From Torpedo marmorata (Eukaryota): a stretch of DNA of 64,000 nt. Shown one piece after another: positions 26,505 to 40,334 of this stretch. The stretch is taken from positions 209,436,001 through 209,500,000 of the forward strand of contig OZ360223.1 in NCBI GenBank assembly GCA_977017645.1, in the 5' to 3' direction. Position 1 is the stretch's first letter. Each line of letters opens with the position of its first letter. Under the pieces are notes generated by a model. The model did not search any database. It saw only the letters and a program-made list of their open reading frames with translations, and was not told the origin of the DNA. Both the position numbers and the translations under genes were made by a program.

Positions 26505-27540
26505 AGCAGAATCACAGAAAGGTTATGTTTGGCCCTTCAAGTCCATTCCAAATCTACGCAAGAGCAACCAAGCTGCTTCTATGGCACTGCCCACTTCCCA
26601 TTGTCTCGTAATTGCTTTTCTTTCAAGTGCTTATCTATTTCACTGTTGAATGCCATAATTGATTCTGGTCCTTATCAGCCACCTAAAGCTTCTGGCAGTG
26701 CACTCCTGATCCTACTCATTTGATGTATTAGAAATTTATTTTCATGCTACATTTGTTTTTTTTTTACAAATTTCCTTAGATCTATGGCTCTTGACCTTTC
26801 AGCCAATGAGAACAGCCTCTCTCTATCTCATCTGTCTGGACCTTCAATTATTTTAAATAATTTGTCTCAGCCCACTTGATTCCAAGGAGAACCATCTCAA
26901 CTTCTCCTATCTATGCATGTGACTGAAAACATTTATCCTTGGAATCATTCCAGTAAACCCCCACAGTTGCCTCTCAATGCCCTTCACATATTTCCTAAAG
27001 TGTGATGCCCAGAACTGGACAGAATACTGCAGGTGTGGCTTCATCATGAATTCCTTGTTTTTTTAATAATCTCTGCTTCTATTTATAAAGTCCAGAATCC
27101 CATAGACTTTTTAATGGCTTTCTCAACCTGCCTTACCACTTCCAATAACTTTACAACATTTATCTCAACACCTGTCTGTTCTTGCATGTCTGTTAGAATC
27201 ACTGTCTCAATTTATACTTCCTTCTATCAAAATACAACACTTTATTTTTTTCTATATTTCATCAACTGACCATTCTATCAGGTTGTCATTCTCTTGAAGA
27301 CCGTTAGAAATCCTTCTTGCAGTTCACTATGTTTCCAAGATTTGTGTCACTTGTAGATTTGATAATTACACTCTGCACATTCAAATCCAAGTCATTAGTC
27401 AAAATTGAGAAGAATACAAGCTCTTGGGAATATCACCGTGCATTTCCCTCCAGTCTGAGAAAGACTAACTCTGTTTCCTGTCACTTGGCCAAATTTCTGG
27501 CCCATACTACTACAGCACCACCTATTTCATCGACTTAGGT
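26505..27540 (-). mobile_element. Highly decayed CR1 LINE 3' portion
   Basis: cccagaactggacagaatactgcag, ccttggaatcattccagtaaac and other HER1-like remnants. Confidence 0.6.
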
Positions 27541-28567
27541 CTGCTGTCAGCCACTGTTTAATTGAGGCTATGACACTACAGATTTCAATATCAAAACGTG
27601 CCTTATTGGACCAAGGCTGGGTCCTGGTTAAAGGCAATGCAGAGAGAATCAGGGACTGGAGTTGGGTTTGCAAGAAAAAACATAACTGAGGAGGGAGAAG
27701 AGTTCAATAATAAAAGGGCCTGTCAGAAAGACTGGAACAAGTTGGGGTGGCCATTGGTTGGTGTTGGAACAGACAAATGGATGGGAGGGGAATGAAAACC
27801 AGGAGTTCCAGATAGGGTATAACTCAGGTTAAGTGTCAGGTGAGAGGGGGGAGGTTGAGAGGACTGAGTGGTGAAAGGGGGGGAGGGAGGGTAAAGTTCT
27901 GGACTGTCACAGTTTGGGAGGGCGGGGGGTGGTTTGGGGGTAGAGGAGAATCCCAACCATGGCAATGTGAGAATGATGTTACAAGTGTTGCAATCCACCA
28001 CTGTGTTACTATTTCCAGTTATCCCAGGATCTCCCAGTGACAGGATGTGCTCCCAGGACAAGTTAGATTAATTTCCCCAAAAATCTTTCACAAAGAATAT
28101 TTCCTGAGGAATTTGTTGAGCGTACAAGGTAAATCACTCAAGAAGGTGCCAGGTCAAGTTTTTGGACCAACTCAAAATGATCTAAATGATTGTAAGAAAA
28201 ATAGAGGGTTATGGGTATAAGGTAGGGAAGGATTCCATTGTTGTAGCGTGTTTTTATATGGGTAGGCACAACATCCTGGGCCAAAGGGCCGATACTTTGC
28301 TGTAATATTCTATGTTCTTTCTGAAAGTGTTTGTTTCTTGGGCATCACTGTAGGAAAATTTGATTTTCAATTATGTAACGCCAAAATAATGCAGCACAAT
28401 TCGATCAGATTGCTAGATTCTTAACTGTTCTCCAATCTGTATTAAATTATATTATAAAAAGCAGACACTAAATTACCTTATTAATTGTAAATCATTTCTA
28501 TATAATGCTGATTTTAAGTTGTCTAAAATTAATGCAGCATTTTGTTCATCCACTATGCTTATTTAGA

Positions 28568-28830
28568 ACGGAGACGAGGAGGAACTGCTTTTCCCAGAGG
28601 TGGTGTATCTATGTTATTCACTGCCCATTGAAGCAGTGGAGGCTACCTCAGTAAATATATTTAAGACAAGTTTGGATAGATTTTTACACAGTAGGGGAAT
28701 TAAGAGATATGGGGAAAAGGCAGATAGGTGAAGATGAGCCTATCATCAGATCAGTCATGATCTCATTGAATGGCGGAGCAGGCTCGATGAGCCGGATGGC
28801 CAACTCCTGCTCCTATGTCTTATGTTCTTA
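28568..28830 (+). mobile_element. CR1 LINE 3' end
   Basis: atgatctcattgaatggcggagcaggctcgatgagccggatggccaactcctgctcctatgtcttatg. Confidence 0.85.
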
Positions 28831-29334
28831 AATAGCACTTGGTTTGTTGCATTATTTAGTGTAATATTTAGTTTACTATGTCTTGACGTCATGATCTGAA
28901 GCTAAATTGCGATCTTTCCACTAACAATTTAATTCATGATAAAATTCAGAGCAGTAGTTTCAGGCAACAATATCTCAATTGATTTATTTTACAAAAGTAT
29001 TATAAAGGATATTTTTTAAAACAAGTGCATAATTTGTATTTTAGATTATTATTAATTATGCTCATTAATACCATATAAAATCAATACAGTTAATGCAATG
29101 CTGCTATGTCTGTTTTCTTAATATGGTTATACAACTGCTACATTACATCATCATAGTTTTTTTCAGTGAAGTTGACAGGAAGCTAATGTATTCATTTAGG
29201 TTCCATAAAATAGTCTTTACTGATGCTAATATGACCAGGTATATACTGCTATATTTTCCACATATGTTTTGTTTGTTTATAGTCAAATCCAACAACAAAA
29301 AAAGAAAACTTAGATTGAGATGACAATGTTGGCA

Positions 29335-29399
29335 AAGTTTATATCATCCTACATCCCCCTCAGTATATAAGTTTATATCATCCTACACCCCCCTCAGTA
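29335..29399. repeat. Short tandem duplication (~34 bp x2)
   Basis: aagtttatatcatcctaca(t)ccccctcagta twice. Confidence 0.8.
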
Positions 29400-31137
29400 G
29401 AGCACAGAACTTTTTGATATAAAATTTCTCAATGAATAGATAATTCTGACCGCTAATCAGCTTTCTGTTGCACCAGAAACTCCTACTTTTTAAAGCTTCT
29501 TTAAGTTGCAAATCTAATACTAAACATGTACCCCTCGAACTGGGCTTCAGTGCAGCCAGCTCCTCTTCCAGCCTTCTCTTTTCTTCTCCCTAACAATGGT
29601 CCCTTGGCTCTATTATTCCCTCCATCCAAACCTTTCAATGCTTGAGCTCAGATAGCCTGCAATTTTTTTCCCAGTCAATGGTTTTTCCAATAAGTAATTT
29701 ACATATTCCTTTTTTTTGCCAAACAGCCACATATTGAAACTAATGTTTGTTTTCCCTCTCTTTCCTGTACGTTTACTGAAACAAATGGTGTCAGTTCTTC
29801 ATCACCTGCATAACGGTCTTTATTTCTCATTTGTGTGATTGTTATGGTTCAATGTCTCCCTGCTAATTTGTAAATTATCCTGAACAAAGTGAAACCATGT
29901 AACAATTACTCTATGTGTGATTTTATAAGCACACAAGTAGAATTAAAGCAGAAAGCTGACAACATTAGTAGTTGCAGCTGAATCAAAGTTGACCTAATGT
30001 GGAATAGCATCACTTAGAAGGACTGCAGCTGTATATTTTGTGAGAAAGTGACAGAAGCATAACTGGGACACTGAGAGGTGATGTAATTACTGCTTCAAGG
30101 ACATTTTAAAATAATTGACCAACCAGTCGTCTGAGCATTGCATTCCTGGTTCCTTTGCTATGGATCAGATGCAAAGTGATGTTTGCTACAACTAGCCCAC
30201 GCATGGCCTGGACAATGGGAGATAGGCTAAAACGCTTACTCCTAGCTATACATTTCTCATCTAGTAAAATTCTCAATCCTGACCTGAAAATTATCTTTTT
30301 TTTTCCCCAGATAAGATTATCTGCCTTCCTTTTCCCTGCTTCCTTTGCAATGCACTTCATCTTATTTAAAAACTACAGCTAAAATGAGTATTGGCCAAGA
30401 TTAAGTTGATAGCAGACTTTCCACTCGTAAGTAGACATCACAGTTTGAATTCTAGAGGAATATCCAATAGCATGAGCATGAAGGACAAAGCTAGAATGAG
30501 CTAGCTCCCTCTAAAGGTGTTTCCCAATCCACACCACCATCAGGCTCCCTCAAAGGGCAGAACAAGAGATTGAGAGATTAGTCAACTGGTTGCAGAAAGG
30601 GGTAGTGAACACTCTGGCAGAAGGAGGAGGAAGCTGAATGACCCGCACAGCACCAGAATCTGATGAGGAGATCCCAGTGAGAAGTAGTGAAATGTCCCCA
30701 CGTACTTACCTAGTCAATTGCAAATAGAATCTCACGTGCAATTCCTATTACAAACAAATGCATCATAATTACCGGTATATGAGAAAAACAGCTAAACATA
30801 ATTCGGAACTATTTGTTACGTGCTTAACTTCAAATTCCCAGAAAACAGAGCAGAAATTCCAACAACTAATTTATAATGCTGAGCAGAGTAAACAGATGAA
30901 AGTTTGCTGATATTTGCATTGGACTAGTTTACAGAGGTTTGCCTAAAATCAATGGGTTAATGAGACATTCAAATATTAGCATATAAAATTATAATCAGGA
31001 GTAGCCCACAGTCAAATTCAATGTTGGAAATGTGCTAAATTTGCAGTTGTCTGACTTCTATGCTTCATGAATATGGCATTTGGTCCTATCTACATGATAT
31101 CACAGTACTGTAATGCAAGACCACCATTGCTGAATTA

Positions 31138-31962
31138 CCGTATTTGACGGCATATAAGACCCCCCTTTTTTTCCAAAAAAAATCGCCTCAAAAACCACCT
31201 CGGGTCTTATACACGAAGGTGACATTTTGGTGCCGCCATTTTGGGCACCGAGTGGAGTCCAGGAAGCGGGCTCGCAGCTTCGCGGGCCACCTTCCCTTGG
31301 GTGGCCCGTGCTTTCCGGAGTCGCCGCCGTCGCTGCTCACTCTCTCCCTCCTCCCCGCTCACTCGCCCGCTCTCTCCCTCCCGTTCGCTCTCCCCGCCTG
31401 CCCGATCGCTCTCCCCGCCCGCTCGCTCTCCCCGCCCGCTCGCTCTCACCAACAGTGCTATGGGGGGAGCGCTGGGCCTCGATGATCAGCCTTTATTCGA
31501 TGAGCACGGACCCTCGAGCAAATTGAATGAGGCGCAGGGGCGGGTGGCAGTGAGCGAGCGGCCTGTCAAGCTCAGCTCAACAGGCTGCCCGCTCGCTCAC
31601 TGCCACCCGCCCCTCATTCAATCTGTTCGGGGGGCCGTGCGCGTCGAACAAAGGCTCAGCGTGGAGCCTGATCACCGAGGCCCAGCGCTCCCCTCAAAGC
31701 AAGCGATCAATTGTCTGCTCCCCGCGACAGTGGGCCTGGGCCCTGCCTGTTGTCCTGGCTTCTCTCCCTCCCACGCCCACAGGTCCCGGCACACCTGTCA
31801 ATCAATTAGCGTTTGGACGGTGGGGGGGAAGCAGCCTGAGCCTCGGCGTGTGGCGGGCAGGAGGACGTGTTGCTGCTGTGAAGGTAAATACACTAAAACA
31901 AATTTTTCCTGAAATCTCATGCTAAAAATTGAGGGGGGGGTTCTATATGCCGTCAAATATGG
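31138..31962. mobile_element. Non-autonomous pogo/Passer-related element, 825 bp, GC-rich
   Basis: TIRs ccgtatttgacggcatata / tatatgccgtcaaatatgg (1 mismatch). TA at 31136-31137 and 31963-31964. Internal inverted repeat ~31461-31693. Confidence 0.85.
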
Positions 31963-32299
31963 TATTCTAAGTATTGTTTCACTTCAGAAGAATGTGCATG
32001 ACAGGAAAGTGTATTTATGCCAAACTCAGCAGTAATCAACACTAAATATCACTAACAGGTCACATGGGTGGCAATTTTTGCGTATGAGAAATGAACTGCC
32101 ACTCAAAGCCTCTTCTGAGATTGGGAGTACGGTAGTTGTGCCAAGTACCTTTTCTCTCCTGTTAATGCATTTTACACCTACTCTATAAATGCTGCTAACT
32201 ATATTCAGCTTCTCAAGATTGACATTGTACATCATGATAAGCAAGCACTAAGTTCACAAAGATGATTTTAAAAGCTTAATTGGGTCTGAGCATTCCTGT

Positions 32300-32415
32300 T
32301 CTTTGCTTATTCCTTGAAGAAGGGCTCAGGCCCAAAATGTCAGCAATATACCTTTATCTCCTATGGACGCTGCAAGACCGGCTGAGTTTCTCCAGCATTT
32401 CTGTGTGTTTTTATT
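32300..32415 (+). mobile_element. Penelope-like pLTR remnant with decayed hammerhead-like motif
   Basis: ttgaagaagggctcaggcccaaaatgtc...gaccggctgagtttctccagcatt. Confidence 0.6.
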
Positions 32416-32925
32416 AAAAGCTTAATCATCTGGTTAGAAGTTGAGCAATTCTGCGATCGTTGTCATAAATACAAGGTGGAAATACAGGTGAAGCTGGAAA
32501 TTAGAAATGAAAGCAGAAGATGCAGGACATACTCAACAGGTCGGGTGGCACCTGTGAAGAGAGAAACAACGCATGGTTCAAATTGGTGACCTTTGGTTCT
32601 AGTGAAAAATCACTGATCTGAAGCAATTACTTTGTCTCTCTTTCCACAGATACTGTTTGACCTGCTAAGTACTCCTAGTATTTATAGCTCCTTTAGCACT
32701 TAACCTGTAAAGAGGTCTTATCTTAAATTCTTACATTTGATTTTATAATCTAGAACTAGGTCTCCACGAGTGCCTTTTCTGGCACTCTTAGTTGGTACCC
32801 ACATTCAATTAACATGAAACCCAATTTGATGTTTCAATTATTTGAAGGAATTTTGACATTGATGCCAATTGGAAAGTTAAGGTAACTCACCAAGGGCGGC
32901 GCTTGAGGGCTAAATGGTTAACATA

Positions 32926-33170
32926 GGGTGGCACAGTTAGTGTAGCAGTTAGTCAAAGCTACTACAGCGCCAGTGACCTGGGTTCGAATCCGGCGCTGTC
33001 TGTAAGGAGTTTGTACGTTCTCCCCATTCTCTGCGTGGGTTTCCTCGAGGTGCTCCGATTTCCTCCCACCGTTCAAAACACACAGGGATTGGAGGTTAAT
33101 TGGTACATTTGGGGGGCACGGGCTCGTGGGCCGGAAGGGCCTGCTACCGTGGTGTATGTCTAAATTTAAG
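32926..33170 (+). mobile_element. HE1-like V-SINE
   Basis: ggttcgaatcc B box, V domain, CR1-like tail. Confidence 0.9.
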
Positions 33171-34221
33171 TTTACCACTATGTTAGAATCATTCCTCAAT
33201 CCAAACTGCTACCCTAAACCTTACTGACTGCTTTGTGGTTTCCCAACACTGTCACGTTGGACTGCTGGTTCTCTCTTGACCATTCTGATCCTCTGGGCAT
33301 TGAAAAGAAAGAATGAGCAGTAGAAGAGAAGGCACAGAAAGGAAAGGGAAAAAAAAAAGACAGGGGAAAAATAGAATTAAAGATAAATAATGAGAAAAAT
33401 ATCAAAGAATACAGCATAGCAAATCAAATGGGACATGCGAGAGGTGCTGCCCAGGGAGAAATTTGGATGATGAACGTTTTCACATGAAAAGAGGCATTAT
33501 GGCCTGAAATGTACAAAATATTACTGTGCTAAGGTGGCGGAGTGTCTCCATGAGACCAGAAAGTTTAATTCTTAGACTAACAAGGGCTGAGGTCACTCAG
33601 CGTATAATTGTTTGGTTAAGGAATGTTGAAGCTTGGCATGTGGTTGTCATTTTGATGCTGTATTTCAGAAGTATGTCAGAATAAAAGGGAGTGACAGGTG
33701 GAGTATGGCATGTGTACACTGGCTGTATAATTTGCATTTCATGAAGTTAAACGCAGGTACAGATATATGCAAGTAATGCACATTTAGCTTAGAGTTTAGA
33801 ATTTGGCAGGTCCTAACGACATCACACTACATTAAAAATCTTCAGGCCTAATGGAGTAAAGTCCCTTTTGACAAATGGAACATTTTGTTATTTTTTAAAA
33901 TTCCTGTGGCACAGAAGACTAAGGACCAGGTGCCGGTAAATTAAAGTAGCGTAGATAGGTATTTGATCATTGGCATGGATGGTGTGAGCCAAAGGATCGG
34001 TTTCTTGCTGTATGACTCTGTCCCCTTTTCAACCATTTGCACTTCCAGATCATGTTCATCTAGTACTCAATACAAAGTCTGAAAAGTCATGACAGGAGAG
34101 AATTATATTCTTTGTGTTTTGGCTCTCCATTTTTCAGGAATAAAACCTCTAAAACAGACAGATGTCCTGATAAGATGGATGGATTGCCATGGCGTTTGAT
34201 GTCAACACAACTGACTAATCT

Positions 34222-35188
34222 AAGAACATAGAACATTATAGCACAGTACAGGGCCTTTGGCACTCGATGTTGTGCTGACCTATATATTCCTACCAAAAAA
34301 AAAAAACCCTGCCTAGCTCATACCCCTGATGTCTCCCCTAAACTTTCCTCCTTCACTTTGTAGAGATGTCCCATGGTGTTTACTATTCTTGCCATGGGTA
34401 AAAGCCGCTGGCTGTCCACCTTATCCATGCCTCTCAGAATCTTGTAGACCTCTATTAAGTCTCCTCTCATCCTTCTTCTCTCCAAACAGAAAGGTCCCAG
34501 CTCTGTTAACCTTGCCTCACAAAACTTATTTTCCAATCCAGGCAACATCCTGGTAAATCTCCTCTGAACCCTCTCCATAATTTCCATATCCTTCCTGTAA
34601 TGAGGTGACCAGAATTGAACACAATACTCTAAGTGTGGTCTCATCAGAGATTTGTAGATTTGCAACATGACCTCTCCACTCTTGAACCTAACCCCCCTAC
34701 TAATTAAGCCCAGCATCCCATTGGCTTTCTTAACTATCCTATCAACCTGCACGGCAACCTTGAGATATGTATGGATTTGGACTCCAAGGTCCCTCTGTTC
34801 CTCCACACTGTTAAGTAACCGACCATTAACCCTGTACTCAGCCTTCTGGTTTGTCCTTCCAAAATGCATCACCTCACACTTATCCGGATTGAACTTCACC
34901 TGCCACTTTTCCGCCCAACTCAGCATCCTGTCTATATCCTCTGGCAACTTATGCAACCTTCAGCACTATCCACAATTCCTCTAACCTTCGTATCATTCAC
35001 AAACTTACTGTCCCATCCTTCCGCTTCTTCATCTAGGTCATTTATAAAAATTACAAAGAGCAGGGGTCCCAGAACAGATCCCTGCAGAACTCCACTAGTC
35101 ACTGATCTTCAGGAAGAATACTTTCCTTCCACTACTACTCTCCGCTTTCTACATGCAAGCCAATTTTTAATCCACACAGCCAAGGTTC
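34222..35188 (-). mobile_element. Young CR1 (HER1-like) LINE 3' fragment
   Basis: 212-aa RT C-terminal ORF (WAEKWQVKFNPDKCEVMHFGR...RPHLEYCVQFWSPHYRKD), very similar to 59200-60270; (tgttcta)n tail. Confidence 0.92.
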
Positions 35189-38100
35189 TATTTAATGCAC
35201 CAAGTAATGGAAACAAGGACTACATCTTTTGTTTCTGTCTATTGTTATTGCATAGTCTCAACAACAAAAGCTTATTAGGCAGAAAAAAATGGCCAACTCT
35301 CTCTTAATTGGATATGTCCCCTCATTCTCATCTTCACCACCCCATAGGAGATGCTATTCAAGAACCTTTGTCAAAAATTCATCTCTGCCTGCCAAAGGAA
35401 ATTAGGCAAACTTCTCCAAGTGGTCTCAATAATGAGATGAAATGAATGAAAGCCCTTATTCATAAAATTGACTGCAAAATTATCAGGAATCCAATCAGAT
35501 TGTAATCAGGTGCTCTTGGCTTAGCTTACTCTACTAAGAAACAATTTTGATGTGAAAACTATTTGCTGTTTTCTTCATTCATGGAAATAGCTTTCAATAA
35601 AATTGAATAAATGCACAGACCCATTGACAGGACTATTATTGGCGAACTGGAGAAGTTTATAGAACATGTTGGCCACCTGAATACTTTGAAAATATTTTAT
35701 TCGGATTAGAATCACAAAAGATGGCTATTCTAGAACCAAGGGAAAGAACCAAAGGGTTAGTTGACCAATTAAGAGACTGAACTATTGAGCTTTCATTTCA
35801 CAAAGTCTCATGCGCTTGTGTGTGAACTTTTAGTTGAAACCAATTAGGAAGAACCTGTCAAAAGGCATTAAGAATGTCTCTAAAAGGTTGATGCTGAATT
35901 GTGACATGTAACTCATCCAAATTTACAGCGCATCTTAGATCTGTTGGGCAGCCACATTTCTTGTGTTGTGTACAGGATAGGTAGGACCTTTACCAAGTAT
36001 AGCTTATCATCATAGCTTATCTATTCATCAAAAGTGTAAGAAAGGATAAAATGAAAAGGGACAAGCCTGAAAGTAACAAGAAAGCACCGTTTGGCAATGG
36101 ACCAATTAACAAATACATTCCAAAGAAGAATATAGCTTCTGAAAACATAATCTGTCTTTTCTTTTTGATTTATGCTGCTATTATTTTACTCTTAGTACAG
36201 TATCCCAACATTGTTGTTAGGTTAATCGTGTTTTGAAACAGCACACCCTTTCAAATGATGTACTGTGGTTAAAAATACTTATTGTCTACCATGGCACAGT
36301 CTTTACCAAATCAGTAGTGCCACCAAAGATGTAAGGAAACTGCTTCTGCAAATTCCACATCACTAGATTGCAAAGAATCACATTGTGAATCAAATACACG
36401 GTCAAACAATTCATTGCTCAGGTAACTCATTCATTACAGATTTCTGCTTGCAGTTAACTTTATTTCATTGAATGTCATTTTATAGGTCTAACAACACCAG
36501 AATGATTAAGTAGTATCTGTGCTAGACTCATTCCCTAATGTTTTATCTCAATGTTTTGTCCTCCATTCAACGTTGGATCATTCATCAGAGCATCAAACAA
36601 TCAGGCTAAAGTCAAATTTAAATAGGATTTAGTCTTTCTAAAAAAACTGTTGCCACATATATTTTAAAAATATTTAACAAACTTGAAAACTAAAATCCAT
36701 AGAATCCAAAGTGACAGGAGATTTCCTTAACATTCTCTTAATATGTTTGCCCTCAATAAAAAAAATCTTACATTGTGCAGCAGTGTGAATGCTGCAAGAG
36801 AATACACAATACACCGAGGTCTCCTGGGCACGTATTCAACAAAAACTACGGGTTACTTTCCAGACAGATTGTAATCAACTCAAAGATTTGCTCAGAGTCC
36901 TTTCAACACTGCTTAACAGAAAAGTGCAGTATTTGTGAGAAACTGGCTGGTGAACCACTTAAACACGATTCAGATAGGAACCTTTGAACAAATCATGGAG
37001 GGTAGCTGAGGCACCAGCCCAACCAACACAAGCCTCTATTTCTTCAATGCAAAATATCTTGTACTTGTGTTCCTCCAGAGCAAAAATTCAAATACTTACG
37101 GTACATGGATAAGGTGGGTATGAGAGAAAAAAAGTTCCTAGATTACTGAAATGTAGGAGTTATTCTAATTTATTTCACTCTTTGTCATTTTGTGTTGGCT
37201 CAAAACTTGGTGTCATCCTTTACTTTTCCATGTCTTTCACATAAACGGACTACGTATATAGTGAGACACGCAAAGACAATCAGAATGTTAGCAAGATAGA
37301 AACTGTGACAAGTCTCAAGACAAGAACAAAAGTATAAATGAGGCAAGACCACTATTTCAATATAAAGCACATCATGTAATATGCTGATCAAATCAAATCA
37401 TGATGTATGACATGATCAATTTATTTATTCTCTTTCATCAATATTATGGGTAAGGAAATAGGTTATATGGTAAATGAATTATTCTCCTTGTTTATGTCAC
37501 TGTAATCACAATTCCTTTTTTCTATATACATCATTATCCCTTCAACAAAAATGCTCCTTTATAACTCATTTCCTAGTTTCAAGATGACATTGCCCAGATT
37601 ACAGTACTTCTCTTCCCAAAGTATTTTGTTTCCGAATGTATATCTGCAGTAACTCTGCAAAGTGTACATAGCACTGGAATGCCATTTATATTTTCCAGAG
37701 AAGTTTGAGAAAATTGAACAATTACATGAAACATAAAATGAACAAGCCATCATTAATCAACCTTTCTTTTTACTATGCTTAGTTAAAAAAAACTTACCGG
37801 TAAACACTTTTCCAGGTCTGACCAAGAATGGTAGAATATGGGTTAAACCTCCAGGGAGATTTGTATCAGCTGCTCACAGGGGGAGACACTGACAATGAAA
37901 GACACTAAGAACTTACTCTGAGCAAAGGGGAAACTGCAAGTTGGTGACTTGCTGGAGAATTCAAGTGCCTGTTCCAGCAGTAAACACATAAATCTCAATT
38001 GAAAGAGATTTAGAACTTTATCAAGCAACTTCCTGATGAATAGTTCAGGAGCAGCCTGGTACTTTTAAAATTCCAACGCAATCGTGGGAAGGAAATAAAA

Positions 38101-38590
38101 ACAAACTGTTAATTTGTTACAGGAAGCTCATAGGCAAGTTGTCTAATGAAGTTTTATGTGCACAACATTCTAATTAAGTGAGGGAAAAGATTGTTTAAAA
38201 ATAGGTAAGACAAGCTCTAACATGGCATTTTAAAAAAGAATGAAAATTGTAATGTTAATTTTGAAAAATTCTACCAGTGATCCTCAAAGGGTTAATTTAT
38301 AGTTACTGAAGTTGTGCAGTCTTGCAAATGCCACTTATTAAACAAAAAGATGCAGTGCTTCAAACATAAAAGCAAGAACAGCTGCTCTTCCCCATGGTGT
38401 TGTTTCTAGAGAGAAAAAAAACGTTTAAAAAGTAAGATGAAAGAATTAGGAGAGGCATCAGACTTCTTTTTTTCTTTTTCCAACTGCTGTGGAAATCTAA
38501 TGTGCAAACAGGTGGGTAAACTTTAATGGCATTGAAGTTTAGTAAGAGAGCTTCCCTTATTGTTGAATGGGGTGCAGGAATAGTTTGGGA

Positions 38591-38591
<1 letters not shown>

Positions 38592-38670
<79 letters not shown>
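38592..38670. repeat. (CA)n microsatellite, ~39 units
   Basis: Direct reading. Confidence 0.97.
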
Positions 38671-38672
<2 letters not shown>

Positions 38673-39419
38673 AAAATGGCGATAATTTCACACACTACAT
38701 CTGCTCCCCGGAGCAAAAGTGCAAAATCTTTTTTGGGGGGATGGTGGGAAGTTTACAGCAGGTTTACAAAGGGTCGGAGTGTGAAAACTGAAATGAACAC
38801 ATGGCCCTTAACTGCCTGAATAGGAGAGGGAGGTGGGGGAGTATTAGAAAGCCCAGCACACAGGAGGAGAAGGGAGCAAGTCATGGAGAGAGAAAAAATA
38901 CTCACTCAAAGGTAGCAATTAGTATGCAACTGTTAAAATAAAAACAGCAGTGTGGGAGAGACCGGAAACATAGAAATTAGAAACTCAGTTGAGGGACAGA
39001 AGAAGGACACACAAGTAGGTTCACAGTTAAAAGTAGACAAATTATGTAATAGCAACTTGAAACGGCTGCAAGTCTGCAATCGACCGCTCACCACTGCTGT
39101 CTAAAGCTATGCTACATTTCTGCCAGTAGATGACTATGTTCTTGCAAATTAAATTTGGAAACATAAGAAAATGAACATGGCTGCTTCAAAGCTGACTTAA
39201 CCCTTTGAGGTCAACAACTGAATTTCTGTTATCAAATGCACTTTTTCTCCAACTTATTGAAAATTACATTTCCTTTTCCATTTTAAGAATGTAAATAATT
39301 CACATATGTTTGTTAATTTTCACAGAGCTAAAATGCTTTTACAGGAAAAAAAACATTTAAGTTTTAGAAACACGTCTTTTACGGGTTACTCCAGAGAAAC
39401 TTACTTACCAGTTGCAAAG

Positions 39420-39790
39420 CAGAAGGAGGCGACTCAGCCGATCGTCCCCATGCTTGTCACTGGCTGAGCAATCCCATCAGCCCCACTCCCCCTCTTCATT
39501 TCTTTATGGCCCTGCAACTTACTTTTACACATCCATCAATGCCCCTTCATTCTCCCAGACCAATCCCAGAAATCTCATCTCCCATGTACCCCTCCACAAC
39601 TATACTTTCTCAAATGCCTATCAATTCCAAACCCACCTAACCCTAGGGGTAATTTGCAAATGATCCTACCAACCAGACTATGTTTGGGATGTGGGACGAA
39701 CTGGAGCACCTGTGGTCACAGGGAGAACGTGAAGACCCCACACAGGCAGCACCCAGAATCAGGATCAAACCTGGAGAAGCTGCAATAATG
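39420..39790 (-). mobile_element. Decayed old V-SINE (another at ~40100-40300)
   Basis: ggagcacc...tcacagggagaacgtg...cacacaggcagcacc...aggatcaaacctgg. Confidence 0.6.
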
Positions 39791-40334
39791 GATGCCGAGG
39801 GTGCCACCTAAAGTTCATTAACTATTACTAATTTAATTAGTGCAAAAAGCAAAGCATCTGACTGTTGATGCTCCAAAGAAAACGAATAACTTAAAAAACT
39901 ATAAATTTGTAACAGAGCCAACGTAAAATACATTATCATTGTGACTGCATCGTTATCACTAATTTGCCTCACAATGTACAAAATGAGATAAAATACCAAT
40001 TAAAAGCATTGCAGTAATAATAATTTTGACATTCCGAATTAGTTATCTATTGATTCAATCAAGCTCCCGCTTTTAAACCAATCACATTTTCTTCTGCCCA
40101 TATTGCCACCAAATGCTGTCTAGATTCTACCACACACCTGCTCACTTGGAGCAATTTACAGTGGCCAATTAATCTGCACATTTTTGGGAAGTGGGAGGAA
40201 ATGGGAGCACCTGGGGAAACTCACAACATCACAGAGAGAATATATAAATTCCACATAGACTGCATCAGAGATCAGGATTGAAAATGGATCACTGCAACTA
40301 TGAGAGTGTGAGGATAAATTCAGTAACTTCAGAC

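Noticed and set aside
31241-31912. 223-aa Ser/Pro/Arg-rich ORF
   Set aside because: Arises from the GC-rich repetitive interior of a non-autonomous transposon; no domain motifs
37790-38030. Candidate exon with a strong minus-strand donor (ccg|gtaagt at ~37797); similar donors at ~30709 and ~39408
   Set aside because: Upstream frames show no Patched similarity; isolated donor-like motifs are expected by chance
38589-38597. GLI variant site GACCACACA
   Set aside because: Formed by the edge of the (CA)n microsatellite; likely coincidental
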